This document shows positions 49,747 through 59,930 of a stretch of DNA of 64,000 nt, in pieces (positions within the stretch are counted from its first letter, which is position 1; each line of letters begins with the position of its first letter). Source of the DNA: Deltaproteobacteria bacterium (lineage in GTDB: Bacteria > Myxococcota_A > UBA9160 > SMWR01); assembly GCA_032128375.1 (NCBI GenBank), contig JAQBGU010000107.1, positions 1-64,000 of the forward strand. The letters run 5' to 3'. Position numbers and translations under genes: made by a program. The notes beneath the pieces are model-generated. The model saw only the letters and a program-made list of their open reading frames with translations. It was not told the DNA's origin and ran no database searches.

Positions 49747-50721
49747 GTGTCCGGAATTTCAGCCTCTCCGATCGTCGCGCTTTGCGGCGGCGTGGGGGCC
49801 GCGCGCTTTCTGGCCGGCCTCGTCGCTGCCGTCGACCCTCAGCAGGTAACGGCTATCGTCAATACGGGCGACGATCGCATGTTCTACGGCGTCCACGTCT
49901 CGCCCGACCTCGATATCGTCACATACACGCTATCGGGACAAGTCGACTCCACCCGCGGCTACGGTCTGGCCGGCGATCGATACTCCGTCGTCGACGCGTT
50001 GGGCGCGTTCGGGCACGAAAGTTGGTTCAGACTCGGCGACCGCGACTTCGCCACGAGCTACCACCGGACACTTCGGCTCGCCGCTGGCGTGGGCTTGACC
50101 GCGGTCACCCATGAGATTCAGACGCATTTCGGCGTGCCCATTCGAATTCTACCCATGTCTGAAGATCCGTGCCCCACCATCGTCGAACTCGAAGGTGGCA
50201 GGAGATTACACTTCGAGGAATACCTCGCGCGCGACGGCGCGCCCGACGAGGTTTGTGGGGTCGATCTGTCTGCCGCCGAGCGAGCGGTGCCGGGCCCCGG
50301 TGTACTGGAGGCGATCTCGAGTGCCGGAACGATACTATTGTGCCCGAGTAATCCGGTCGTTTCGATCGGCCCGATCCTGGCGGTCCCTGGTATCCGCGAT
50401 GCGGTGGTCGATTCTCCGGCGCCGGTCGTCGCGGTATCGCCGATTGTCGGTGGCGCGCCAGTGAAGGGGCCGGCCGATCGACTGCTGCGGGGTTTGGGCA
50501 AAGAGGTCTCGGCACGTGGAGTCGCTGTGTGGTACCAGGGTCTGATCGACGGCTTCGTGATCGACCAACGCGATGCCGATCTGGCCAAAGACATCGAAGC
50601 GATGGGCATGCCGACGCGCGTACTCGACACGCTCATGAAGACCACGAAAATTGCGGCATCGGTGGCGCGGGCCGCGCTCTCGCTGGCTGAGGCCCTGTCG
50701 GCCTCGGAGCCGCGCGAATGA
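49747..50721 (+). CDS. cofD: 2-phospho-L-lactate / PEP transferase (F420-0 synthesis)
   Basis: LCGGVGAARF, NTGDD, SPDLD, WFRLGDRD, HFEEY, PSNPVVSIGPI, KGPA. Confidence 0.95.
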   Translation: MSGISASPIVALCGGVGAARFLAGLVAAVDPQQVTAIVNTGDDRMFYGVHVSPDLDIVTYTLSGQVDSTRGYGLAGDRYSVVDALGAFGHESWFRLGDRDFATSYHRTLRLAAGVGLTAVTHEIQTHFGVPIRILPMSEDPCPTIVELEGGRRLHFEEYLARDGAPDEVCGVDLSAAERAVPGPGVLEAISSAGTILLCPSNPVVSIGPILAVPGIRDAVVDSPAPVVAVSPIVGGAPVKGPADRLLRGLGKEVSARGVAVWYQGLIDGFVIDQRDADLAKDIEAMGMPTRVLDTLMKTTKIAASVARAALSLAEALSASEPRE

Positions 50722-51359
50722 TCGCGGCGATCGTACCGGTGAAAGCACTGGGGTCGTCAAAGTCGCGGTTGTTTTCGGCCTTGGATCGAAAGTCGGTCGA
50801 ACGGCTGTCGATCGCGATGCTCGGCGATGTGGTCGATGCTCTGCTTTGCGTCGCGGCATTGGACCGCGTCGCGGTGGTCACGCCTGACCCCGAAGTCGCA
50901 GCCATCGTGCGACCGACGGCCGCCGAAGTGCTGTTACGCGACGTTCCGGGGCTGAACGCTTCGATTGACGATGCGTCGGCCACACTCGCTCCCGGACCCG
51001 ATGACGCGACACTGGTGGTGCTCGGCGACGTCGCGGGCGCGCGTTCCGACGATCTCTCGAAGCTGATCGACGCCTGCGCGCCGCGCGGAGTGGTGCTGGC
51101 TCCCTCGTCGGATGGGGGGACTTCTGCGCTGTTTCGGCGCCCCGCCAACGTGATCAAGTCCGGGTTTGGCGCAGACAGCGCAGCGGTGCACCGCAAGCTG
51201 GCCTGCGTCGCCGGCATACCCTTTTGTGAAGTCGCACTCGCGTCTCTCGCGATCGACATCGACGATCGCGAGGATCTCGTGAACTTCGCCAGACACGGGT
51301 GCGGCGGGCCGCGGACACGTGCGCTGCTCGCTGAACTCTTACCGGAGTTGATATCATGA
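50718..51359 (+). CDS. cofC: 2-phospho-L-lactate/PEP guanylyltransferase
   Basis: IVPVK....KSRL, MLGDV, GLN, DGGTSAL, FG..S...H, DIDD.EDL. Confidence 0.88.
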   Translation: MIAAIVPVKALGSSKSRLFSALDRKSVERLSIAMLGDVVDALLCVAALDRVAVVTPDPEVAAIVRPTAAEVLLRDVPGLNASIDDASATLAPGPDDATLVVLGDVAGARSDDLSKLIDACAPRGVVLAPSSDGGTSALFRRPANVIKSGFGADSAAVHRKLACVAGIPFCEVALASLAIDIDDREDLVNFARHGCGGPRTRALLAELLPELIS

Positions 51360-52114
51360 GCGTCGTACCCGGAGCGATCCACTTGATTCCGCTGCTCGGA
51401 ATCCCTGCCGTACAGCCCGGCGATGACCTCGCAGCGATGATTCGGACCGCCGCAGATGCGTGTGACATCCAGTTGAAAGATGGCGCATTGGTGGTCTGCC
51501 AGAAAATCGTGTCCAAGGCCGAGGGAAGGGTTGTCGCACTCGCCGACGTAGAACCCACTGAGGAGGCACTGAAGATCGCAGCCGAGGACGACCGCGATGC
51601 CAGACAGACCGAACTGGTGCTGCGCGAAACGAAGCGAATCGTCCGGCGCGGTCATGGGGTGCTGATCTCGGAAACCCGACATGGGTTCGTCTGTGCGAAT
51701 GCGGGACTGGATCTTTCCAACGCGGTCGCGCCAGACTCGGCCGTATTGCTGCCACTCGATCCCGATGCATCGGCGCGCAAGCTGCGCGACGCACTGATGA
51801 AAAATGGCGCCGGGCCGCTGGCTGTCATCGTGAGCGACACGTTCGGTCGGCCGTGGCGCGATGGACTGGTGGACGTCGCACTCGGAAGCGCCGGTATCGC
51901 GCCGATCATGGACTTGCGCGGCCAGACCGACCTGATCGGCCGCGAACTCGAAGTGACCGCCACGGCGACGTGCGACCAATTTGCCGCCGCCGCCGGGATC
52001 TTGATGCAAAAGGCCGCCGGCATCCCAGCCGTCTGGATCGAGGGCCACCCGATCGAAGGCGACGGAACCATTCGGGAGACGCTGCGCGACCCGAGCACAG
52101 ATTTGTTTCGATAG
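51356..52114 (+). CDS. cofE: Coenzyme F420-0:L-glutamate ligase (single-domain)
   Basis: QKIVSKAEGR, GFVCANAG.D.SN, LLP.DPD.SA, SDTFGRPWR.G, C-terminal DLFR. Confidence 0.95.
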   Translation: MSVVPGAIHLIPLLGIPAVQPGDDLAAMIRTAADACDIQLKDGALVVCQKIVSKAEGRVVALADVEPTEEALKIAAEDDRDARQTELVLRETKRIVRRGHGVLISETRHGFVCANAGLDLSNAVAPDSAVLLPLDPDASARKLRDALMKNGAGPLAVIVSDTFGRPWRDGLVDVALGSAGIAPIMDLRGQTDLIGRELEVTATATCDQFAAAAGILMQKAAGIPAVWIEGHPIEGDGTIRETLRDPSTDLFR

Positions 52115-52186
52115 TTCGTGACAGCTGAAAATGATCGCTGAGCCAACAGCTTGGCCGCTGGCTTGGAACAGGGTCGTCGGAGCGGT

Positions 52187-53356
52187 TCATGGTTCGCGCT
52201 GCTGAGCCGCTTTCTTCAGCAGTACGTGGCCATAGTGTTCGCCGGCCGCATCGAGATCGAAGATCGTATGCGCGCTCATCATGTGAATGTCGCGATGAAT
52301 GCGTCCGAGTTCGCAATCTTGAAAATGTGCGCTCGCTCCACTCGCCTCCAAGATGTCGCGAATGACGTTGCGACAGTTCCGCACCACGTGCGCGATCTGC
52401 AGGCGCAGCGGCGCTACGACATGGCCCGAAGCCGTCTCGTCGCTTCGGCTGAAATCCTCGATCCGACAGGCCGCGGCACGCAACAGTGATTCTGCGGAAC
52501 TCACCTCCATGAAGGCGTGGGCGAGCCGAATCTGGTTCGGGAGCTTCTCGGCCTGAATCGTCGCGCTACCAAACAGCACGCGCTGCAACATGCGCTCGCG
52601 AAACAGCGTCAGCGCCCGCTTGGCACAGCCGACAGCTGGAATCGCTGCTGTGAGGGCCAGAAAAGGAATGATCGGATAGCGGTGCATCGAAGGCGAACCA
52701 ATCGGTCTGGCGTGCTCGAACGATGGCAGTGGGAGCGAAACGTGGCTGCTTGGAACGTAGACTGCTTCGACGACCATGTCGTGGCTTCCCGTCGCCGCCA
52801 TGCCGTCCACATGCCAGGTATCTGGTGCTTTCACTTTTTCGCGGGGCAACAGGAATGTTCGCGGTACGCGTTCATCCTCCGAATCGATGCGACCCGATAG
52901 CAACACCCAATCCGCGTGCACGATGCCGGTGCCGAACTTCCAGCGGCCCGACAGTTCGTACCCGCCGTCGACCGGCTTGGCGAGACCCGTCGGCCCGACG
53001 CCGCCCGGCGCGAGGATGAACGCTTGTCGAGCGAAGATCTCCGCCTGCAGTTCATCTGCGAAGCGCACCAGCGCCCAGTTGTGCTCCATGTAGAACGTGG
53101 TGATCCATCCGGTCGAAGCGCAGGCTTCGCTGACGATGAGGCCGATGTCGATGAAAGTCTCCAGATCGATCTCGTACCCACCGAAGTGCCTGGGGACGAA
53201 CGACTTGAAAACGCCCGTGGCCTTGAGCGCATCGATCACTTCGTCCTCGGGCTGTCGCGAGCGTTCGGCCTCGAATGACCGCTGCGAGATGAGCGGAGCC
53301 AGCGCCTTCACTCGCTCCACGAGGCCTTCAGCCGAAGTTTCGATGGCGACACTCAT
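52187..53356 (-). CDS. Flavin-dependent monooxygenase, acyl-CoA dehydrogenase superfamily (HsaA-like)
   Basis: P..FGG.E, CASTGW, LSGRWKFGTG..HADW, DTWHVDGM.ATGS.D, RD.H....H. Confidence 0.85.
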   Translation of the reverse strand: MSVAIETSAEGLVERVKALAPLISQRSFEAERSRQPEDEVIDALKATGVFKSFVPRHFGGYEIDLETFIDIGLIVSEACASTGWITTFYMEHNWALVRFADELQAEIFARQAFILAPGGVGPTGLAKPVDGGYELSGRWKFGTGIVHADWVLLSGRIDSEDERVPRTFLLPREKVKAPDTWHVDGMAATGSHDMVVEAVYVPSSHVSLPLPSFEHARPIGSPSMHRYPIIPFLALTAAIPAVGCAKRALTLFRERMLQRVLFGSATIQAEKLPNQIRLAHAFMEVSSAESLLRAAACRIEDFSRSDETASGHVVAPLRLQIAHVVRNCRNVIRDILEASGASAHFQDCELGRIHRDIHMMSAHTIFDLDAAGEHYGHVLLKKAAQQREP

Positions 53357-53434
53357 TCTGGACACGAGCCTCTCCCTGGGTCTCCCCGCAAGCCGCCCAC
53401 GACATCCACAGCTACCACAGCCGTCGGCCAACGT

Positions 53435-54043
53435 TCAAGGCCGCGTGACGGCTCTCCAGAGTTCCCCCAGACCCGTCTTCTGACTGGCCGAAGTGGGGAT
53501 GACTCGAGTTGCCGGCAATTCGATCGACTCTTTCATCGCTCGGATGCGGGCGGCGCGTCGCATCGGTTTGAGCTTGTCGATCTTCGTGATTGCGAGCACG
53601 ATCGGGATCTCTCGCTCGGCGAGCCAGTCGATCAGAAGTGTCTCGTCTTCGGATACGTCGCGCCGGATATCTTGCAGCAGCACCGCCGACGTCAGCGTGG
53701 AACGGCCGTCGAGGTAGGACTCGACCAGGCCCTGCCAGCGCTTCCGCTCGAGCTTACTCACCCGCGCGTAGCCATAACCGGGCAGGTCGACCAACAACGC
53801 CTGGTGGCTCGCCGCTCGGTCGCTGTTGCCCGCGCTGTACCGGACCTGGTACCAGTGAATCAATCTCGTTTTGCCCGGTGAACTGCTGGTACGGGCCAGT
53901 TTCTTGCGGTTCACCAGCGCGTTGAGCAGGCTCGACTTGCCGACGTTCGAACGCCCCAAGAAGGCGACTTCGGGCGCCGACGGGTTTGGAAAACCGTCCA
54001 GGGCTGCGGCCGTAGCGTGCCATTTCGCTTCGAGAACCCTCAC
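53435..54043 (-). CDS. engB: GTP-binding protein EngB/YihA
   Basis: GRSNVGKSS, SSSPGKT, DLPGYG, TKID; GTGA overlap with the upstream stop. Confidence 0.95.
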   Translation of the reverse strand: MRVLEAKWHATAAALDGFPNPSAPEVAFLGRSNVGKSSLLNALVNRKKLARTSSSPGKTRLIHWYQVRYSAGNSDRAASHQALLVDLPGYGYARVSKLERKRWQGLVESYLDGRSTLTSAVLLQDIRRDVSEDETLLIDWLAEREIPIVLAITKIDKLKPMRRAARIRAMKESIELPATRVIPTSASQKTGLGELWRAVTRP

Positions 54044-55206
54044 GACAGCGTCGGCAGCACGCGTCCGATCCGGTCCAACGCCTCGGCGATTGCGGATTCG
54101 GAATTCGCGTACGAAAAGCGCAACCAACCTTCGCCGGCATCGCCAAAATCGACTCCGGGCGCGACGCCGACATTCGCGCGATCGAGCAACGTGTAGGCAA
54201 GGGCCAGCGAGTCCGAGCCGAATCGCCGGGCGTCTGCAAACACGTAGAACGCGCCCATGGGATCGACCGGTACTTCGAACCCCAATGATCGCAAGCCATC
54301 GATCAGGATGCGCCGGCGCCTCGCATACGCGTCGACCATCCCCTTGAGTACCCGACCACGCGTCCGGCCCTCGTCGCGCAGGACTGCGATCCCGGCGTGC
54401 TGAACGAAGCTGTTGGCCGAAATGAACAGATTCTGCTGCAGGGTCTGAACCAGCCGTTGCGCGGGCTCTGGAACGATCGCGTAACCGAGCCGGAACCCCG
54501 TCATCGCGTAACGTTTCGAAAAACCGTCCAGCACGTACGCATCGTCTGTGACCGCCAGCGCCGTTGTCACACGCGCAGCGTCGTACAAAAGGCCGTCATA
54601 GATTTCGTCCGAAATAATCGGGAGCCCAAGTTCGGCCAGTGCGCGAAGCGTCTGTTCGCTTTGGACCGCACCGGTGGGGTTTGCGGGAGACCCCACGACG
54701 ATCGCACGCGTCCGAGGCGTGATGGCGGCGCGAACCCTGTCAACATCCAGTTCGTAGCCGGTGGAGGGCTCGCAGCGGACCAGCACCGGCGTACCGCCGC
54801 TGATTCGAATGAAGTTCGGATAACAGGGGTAGTGGGGGGTACCCAGGATGACCTCGTCTCCAACATCGACGAGCAGCGAGAAAATCAGCACGAGCGCCGA
54901 CGACGTGCCGCCCGTGACGATCACGCGCCCCGCATCGATACCGACTCCGAATCGACGCTGATAGTCTTCGGCGATCGCTTCGCGAAGCTCCGCCAGCCCC
55001 CGGCTGTCGGTATAGTGGGTCTCGCCCGACTCGATCGCTTCTGTGCACGCTCGCAGCGCAGCCGGATGAGCTGGAAAATCCGGTTCGCCGATCTCGAGGT
55101 GGATGACGTCCACCCCATCGCGTTCCATGGCTTGCGCGCGCTCCATGACCTCCATAGCCAGGAACGGTCGAATGTTGTCGGTACGCGGCGAAAAGCGCTG
55201 GCCCAT
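54040..55206 (-). CDS. Class I/II PLP-dependent aminotransferase (aspartate aminotransferase-like)
   Basis: IGEPDF, YT...G..ELR, SPANPTG, SDEIY, GFSKRYAMTGFRLG. Confidence 0.93.
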   Translation of the reverse strand: MGQRFSPRTDNIRPFLAMEVMERAQAMERDGVDVIHLEIGEPDFPAHPAALRACTEAIESGETHYTDSRGLAELREAIAEDYQRRFGVGIDAGRVIVTGGTSSALVLIFSLLVDVGDEVILGTPHYPCYPNFIRISGGTPVLVRCEPSTGYELDVDRVRAAITPRTRAIVVGSPANPTGAVQSEQTLRALAELGLPIISDEIYDGLLYDAARVTTALAVTDDAYVLDGFSKRYAMTGFRLGYAIVPEPAQRLVQTLQQNLFISANSFVQHAGIAVLRDEGRTRGRVLKGMVDAYARRRRILIDGLRSLGFEVPVDPMGAFYVFADARRFGSDSLALAYTLLDRANVGVAPGVDFGDAGEGWLRFSYANSESAIAEALDRIGRVLPTLS

Positions 55207-55481
55207 GGCGATCCCGGTTAGCTCAGGTCCGAATTGTGTCAAGCGCGGCCGTCGCGAGTTTGGATGAATCGCCTGGGCGCGAACTGCCCAGCAACGCTTT
55301 GGCGCGTGGCGCGCGAGCCCGTGTTCTTCCCGCAAGTATCCGATTCTCGTCGCTTTCGTGGCCATCGCGGTTTGCCCGGGAGCCAGTGCGTGATACCTTG
55401 CTTGACGGCCAGCTGGCTCGACACCGCGGCGCAATTTCGAGCCAACAGCAATTCAACGCCACGCCAACAGGAAACGCGCAT

Positions 55482-55931
55482 ATGTCCAAGGGCATTCAGA
55501 TAGCCATCGGTGCGACCGTGATTGCGGCGCTATTCGGCTGGTACGGGGCGACGACCCTGAAAGCGAACGCGTCGTTTGCCTATTTCGAGAGCCTCGAGGA
55601 TTTCCAATCTGCGGGGAGCAGCATGGATGGCGCGCACGCTCGCGTCCACGGCTACGTGGCGAATGAATCGATTCGACGCGACGTCGCCGCAAAGGAAGTC
55701 TGGTTCCAGGTCCAAAACGACCCGCCGCACGCGGGTGGCGCTCCCGGCCTCACCCTCGAAGTCGTGCTGGCCAGCCTCGAGACGCCGGACCTGTTCAAGG
55801 ACGGCGCCGAAGTGGTCCTCGAGGGCGTGCTGGTCGCCAACGGCTCGCGGACCACATTCGAAGCGGACAAAGTCCTGGCGAAGTGCCCCTCCAAATTCGA
55901 AGCCAAGGCGGCCGAGTCGGCGGCGCTCTGA
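55482..55931 (+). CDS. ccmE: Cytochrome c maturation heme chaperone CcmE, Cys-type (System I*)
   Basis: N-terminal TM; PDLFKDG..VV.EG; AKCPSKF. Confidence 0.9.
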   Translation: MSKGIQIAIGATVIAALFGWYGATTLKANASFAYFESLEDFQSAGSSMDGAHARVHGYVANESIRRDVAAKEVWFQVQNDPPHAGGAPGLTLEVVLASLETPDLFKDGAEVVLEGVLVANGSRTTFEADKVLAKCPSKFEAKAAESAAL

Positions 55932-56042
55932 AACGAACCAGCAGGGGTCTGTCGGACCTTTCTCAGTCATGCCGCGGAACCTGATCCGCGATGCGGCATC
56001 CACAGCGACGAATACACTGACGTATTCATTTAGAGGAACTCA

Positions 56043-58005
56043 ATGGCTGACGTCGGAGGCTACGCCCTTCGCTTTGCACTGATGATCGCGACGCTCGGCT
56101 TTGGCACTGCGATATATGCCGGCACGCAACGAAAAGCCGAGTGGACCCGAGTTTCGGAGCGAAGCCTCTGGCTCGTGTTCGGCTGCGCAACGCTGGCGAT
56201 CCTCGCGTTGCTCAATGCGTTCGCAACCTTCGACTACGGGCTCGCGTACGTCGCGCAGCACTCTGCTCGCAGCATGGCAATCCAATACCGGCTGAGCGCG
56301 CTATGGGGCGGTCAAGCCGGCTCACTGCTGCTGTGGTTGTGGATGCTATTGGCCTACGGCTCTGTGTGCCTCTGGTTCAACCGCGACAAGAACCGAACCT
56401 TGATGCCCTGGGTCGTCGCGGTGCTATTGGCCAATGCGATTTTTTTTTCTGGTGTTGGTCAACTTCATCACCGACCCGTTCGAACGACTGGCTCCCGCCG
56501 ATGTCGCGTCGGACGGGGCGGGCTTGAACCCACTGCTGCAACACCCGGTGATGATGATTCACCCGATCATGCTGTACACCGGATTGGTCGGATTCGTGAT
56601 CCCGTTTGCGTTTGCGTTCGCCGCGTTGGCAACCGGCGAGCTAGGGACCCATTGGTTTCGCACGACGCGTCGCTGGACGCTGTTCCCGTGGTTGTTTCTG
56701 AGCATCGGGATCATGCTCGGCGGGCGCTGGGCATACGAAGTGCTCGGTTGGGGCGGCTATTGGGCGTGGGACCCGGTCGAAAACGCATCCTTCATGCCGT
56801 GGCTACCCGCGACGGCATTCCTGCATTCGGTGATGATCCAGGAAAAGCGCAACATGTTGAAGACCTGGAACCTGTTGCTGATCGGTCTCACCTACACGCT
56901 GTGTTTGTTCGGAACATTTCTCACCCGCAGCGGAATCGTTCAATCGGTGCACGCGTTCGCGCAATCGCCCATCTTTGTGTCGGTGTTCCTCGGCTATGTG
57001 CTGGTATCGGCCGCAGTTTTTCTGATCGCCCTGTTTCTGCGCCGAGGCGAAATCCGCAGCCCCAATCGGATCGAGTCCTATGTGTCTCGCGAGGCGAGCT
57101 TTCTGCTCAACAACTGGGTGTTCATTTCGCTGCTGCTGTGGATCTTCACCGGAACCTTGTTCCCGGTCGTGTCCGAGGCCGTGCAGGGCGACCGCATCGC
57201 TGTCGGCCCGGGGTTCTTCCCGATCATGGCGGGGCCGCTCGCGCTGTTTCTGCTGCTGTTGACCGGCATCGGCCCGTTGATTGCCTGGCGACGCGCATCT
57301 CCATCGAGCTTGAAGAAGCAGTTCCGATGGCCCGCGCTGACGGGCCTGGTCATCGCCGGGTGTGCGATCGCATTTCTGGGGGCGAGCGCGGACTTCTACC
57401 CCGTACTGGTTTGGGGGCTCGGTTCGTTCGCTGTCGCGACGATCGTGCAGGAGTACTGGCTGGCGATTCGGGCGCGGGTTCGCAAGGGACAGGAAAACAC
57501 ACTGCAGGCATTTCGGGCGCTGCTGCGCAAGAACCAACAGCGCTACGGCGGCTACATCGTACACCTCGGCGCCGTGCTGATCATCGTCGGGATGGCGGGG
57601 TCGGTGTATGACGACGAGCGCCTGGAAAACCTGAAGACGGGTGGCGAATTCGAGATCGGCGCCTACCGGCTGCAGTATCTCACCGCGAACGCGATTCCCG
57701 AGCAGCATTACGGCGGTGCCATCGCGCGACTCGCGCTCTACCGAGACGATCAGCCACTGGCCGTAATGACTCCCGAGAAGCGGATGTACTGGCTCGAGGA
57801 GCAACCGGCTTCCATACCGTCGATTTATTCAACGCTCCGAGAGGACCTCTACGTAACGCTGACTGCCATCGAGTCCGACGGTTCAGCCACATTCAAGGTC
57901 TACTGCAACCCGCTGGTCAACTGGATTTGGTTCGGCGGATTGATCTTCGTGCTCGGTTCGATCGCAGTCATGTGGCCGCACCCGGACCGAAAACCCGCGC
58001 AATGA
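56043..58005 (+). CDS. ccmF: Cytochrome c heme lyase CcmF, split by a +1 frameshift in a T9 run at 56440-56448
   Basis: WGGQAGSLLLW in the first frame; GLNPLLQ, HP, WAYEVLGWGGYWAWDPVENAS, SVHAF, GGYIVHLG in the second frame. Confidence 0.93.
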
Positions 58006-59930
58006 AATGGCTATGCGGGGGATCGGGTCCGGCGCGCAGCGGATTCGAACGACAGCTTCGAGTGACACTGATCGTGTGGATCAGCTGGATGTGTGTTGTG
58101 GTCGGTTCCGATTCAGCAATCGGGCAGCCAGCATCGCCACACGCGGGAGCCAACGTTGCGGGTGGAGGGAAATCGGGTGTCCCGGATGTGCCCGCCGGAG
58201 CAGCCAGTATTCGCGGTCGCATCGTGCACGAGACGAATCCGGCTGCAGTCGCCGGAGTTCCGATCGTCTTGTATTCGCTGAGCCCGGATGGGTCGCCCGG
58301 ACTGCGTGGCATGGTCTCGGACGCCGGCGGAGAGTTTGCATTCGAGCGCGTCTCCGACGATGCATCGATTGTTTATCTGGTGGGTGCCCGCTACCGGGAG
58401 GTGCCGTTCGGAGTCCGGCTGTCGTTCAATCCGGGCGAGACGGATCGCGTCGTCGAACTCACAATCGGTGATCCGACCACTGACAACGCCGATGCCCGGG
58501 TCGCCGACGTGCTGATTCGCGTAGACCAGGGCTGCGACGGCTTGCTGGTCAAGGAATCGCACAGCCTCGAAAACACCGGCGATCTCGTCATCTATGTCCC
58601 GGAGTCCGAGCGAGCCGGTCGGCCACCGATCCTGCAGGTCCCCGTGCCAGCGGGAGCAACACATCTCGAAAGCACCATCGGAGATAGCCTCGATTGGGAT
58701 GGGAAGACGATCTCGTACTGGGGCCCGCTGCGACCCGGTCGCGAAGAATTCGAGTTCTCCTACGGAATTCCCGGAGGCAACGGAGCGGTCGAAATGACCC
58801 ACAGCTTTCCGAGTGGTGTGGGTCGTGTGCGCGCATTCAGCCACGCACAGGGGCCCATTCTCAGCTCGTCCGGGAGTGATGTGCGCCTCGAATCGGCTCC
58901 ATCACTCGTTCTGAATGGGGGGTCGTACCCGCTCCTCGAGACGACAGACCTGGCTCCCGGTAAAACGCTCGTGCTGCGTGCCGAGCTGCGTCCAGTGGTC
59001 GCGGCATCCGGGGAAGTCGTCAACGAGGAAACCCGGATCTGGCTCGAACTGGACGGCGCGGCGCTGACTATCGACGAACAGCACCATTTGTCAGTGGCGG
59101 GCAGTGAGCCACTCGTTTCGGATTCCGGGGCGCCGCTTTTGTGCCTCGATCTCGATCCGGCGGCTGAGCAGTTGCGGTTTTCGAATCAAGCGCTCGCCCT
59201 CGGACTATCGCGCGACCCATCCGGCGCACTCGCAGTGCGGGGGCCGGTTCCGGCCGGGCCAACCACGTTTTCGATCCGATACCGCATCCCGGTGTCGGGC
59301 GATGTCGTCGAGTTCGCGCGCGAGTTTCCATTCGAGGTGCCGTTGCTGTCGTTCATGGTGGCCGACACGGGCTTGGTCATCGAAACACGAGATCTCCACC
59401 GCCGCAGGCCGATCCTCACCGAGGACCGCAAGTACCTGCACCTCGAGGGGTTTGGGATCGCTCCCGGTAAAGAGGTTCGGATCAGCGTGGAGCCGCTCGC
59501 GCTGCGCCGGCCGATGACGCAGTGGGCGTCCGCGAGTCTCGCTGTTGTGGTCGGCCTGCTGGCCATCGGCTTCCTGACCGTGCCGCTTCGGGATGCCGCG
59601 GGCAAGCAATCCGAGCCGATACCCAGTCACTACGCCGAGGAGCGACAGAGCGTGCTGGCATCCCTTCGCAGCCTCGAAGACGACTTCGAAACCGGCAAGT
59701 TGACTGAAGCCGACTACCAGGAACTTCGACAGCAGCTCCGATCCACTGCGGTGTCGCTGCTCTCGCAGGAGCGCAAGAACGCTCTCACTCAGAAGCATGC
59801 CCATACCCCTGTGGCGCCCGCGCAGTCGTGTGGCGACTGCGGAGCTGGACTGGCGCCAGACGCGCTCTTCTGTTCGAGATGTGGGACGAGGGTCAGCGAG
59901 GAGTCGCCGAGCGCGGGAAACAGCGAGTGA
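58002..59930 (+). CDS. Periplasmic beta-sandwich protein with TM helix, CcmI-like cytoplasmic segment and C-terminal zinc ribbon
   Basis: Located inside the ccm operon; LRSLEDDFETGKLTEADYQEL; CGDC...FCSRCG. Confidence 0.7.
   Translation: MKWLCGGSGPARSGFERQLRVTLIVWISWMCVVVGSDSAIGQPASPHAGANVAGGGKSGVPDVPAGAASIRGRIVHETNPAAVAGVPIVLYSLSPDGSPGLRGMVSDAGGEFAFERVSDDASIVYLVGARYREVPFGVRLSFNPGETDRVVELTIGDPTTDNADARVADVLIRVDQGCDGLLVKESHSLENTGDLVIYVPESERAGRPPILQVPVPAGATHLESTIGDSLDWDGKTISYWGPLRPGREEFEFSYGIPGGNGAVEMTHSFPSGVGRVRAFSHAQGPILSSSGSDVRLESAPSLVLNGGSYPLLETTDLAPGKTLVLRAELRPVVAASGEVVNEETRIWLELDGAALTIDEQHHLSVAGSEPLVSDSGAPLLCLDLDPAAEQLRFSNQALALGLSRDPSGALAVRGPVPAGPTTFSIRYRIPVSGDVVEFAREFPFEVPLLSFMVADTGLVIETRDLHRRRPILTEDRKYLHLEGFGIAPGKEVRISVEPLALRRPMTQWASASLAVVVGLLAIGFLTVPLRDAAGKQSEPIPSHYAEERQSVLASLRSLEDDFETGKLTEADYQELRQQLRSTAVSLLSQERKNALTQKHAHTPVAPAQSCGDCGAGLAPDALFCSRCGTRVSEESPSAGNSE

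Noticed and set aside
56449..57611. C-terminal part of the 522-aa ORF starting at 56043 as a separate protein
   Set aside because: Out-of-frame read-through after the T9 frameshift; CcmF motifs continue in the other frame.
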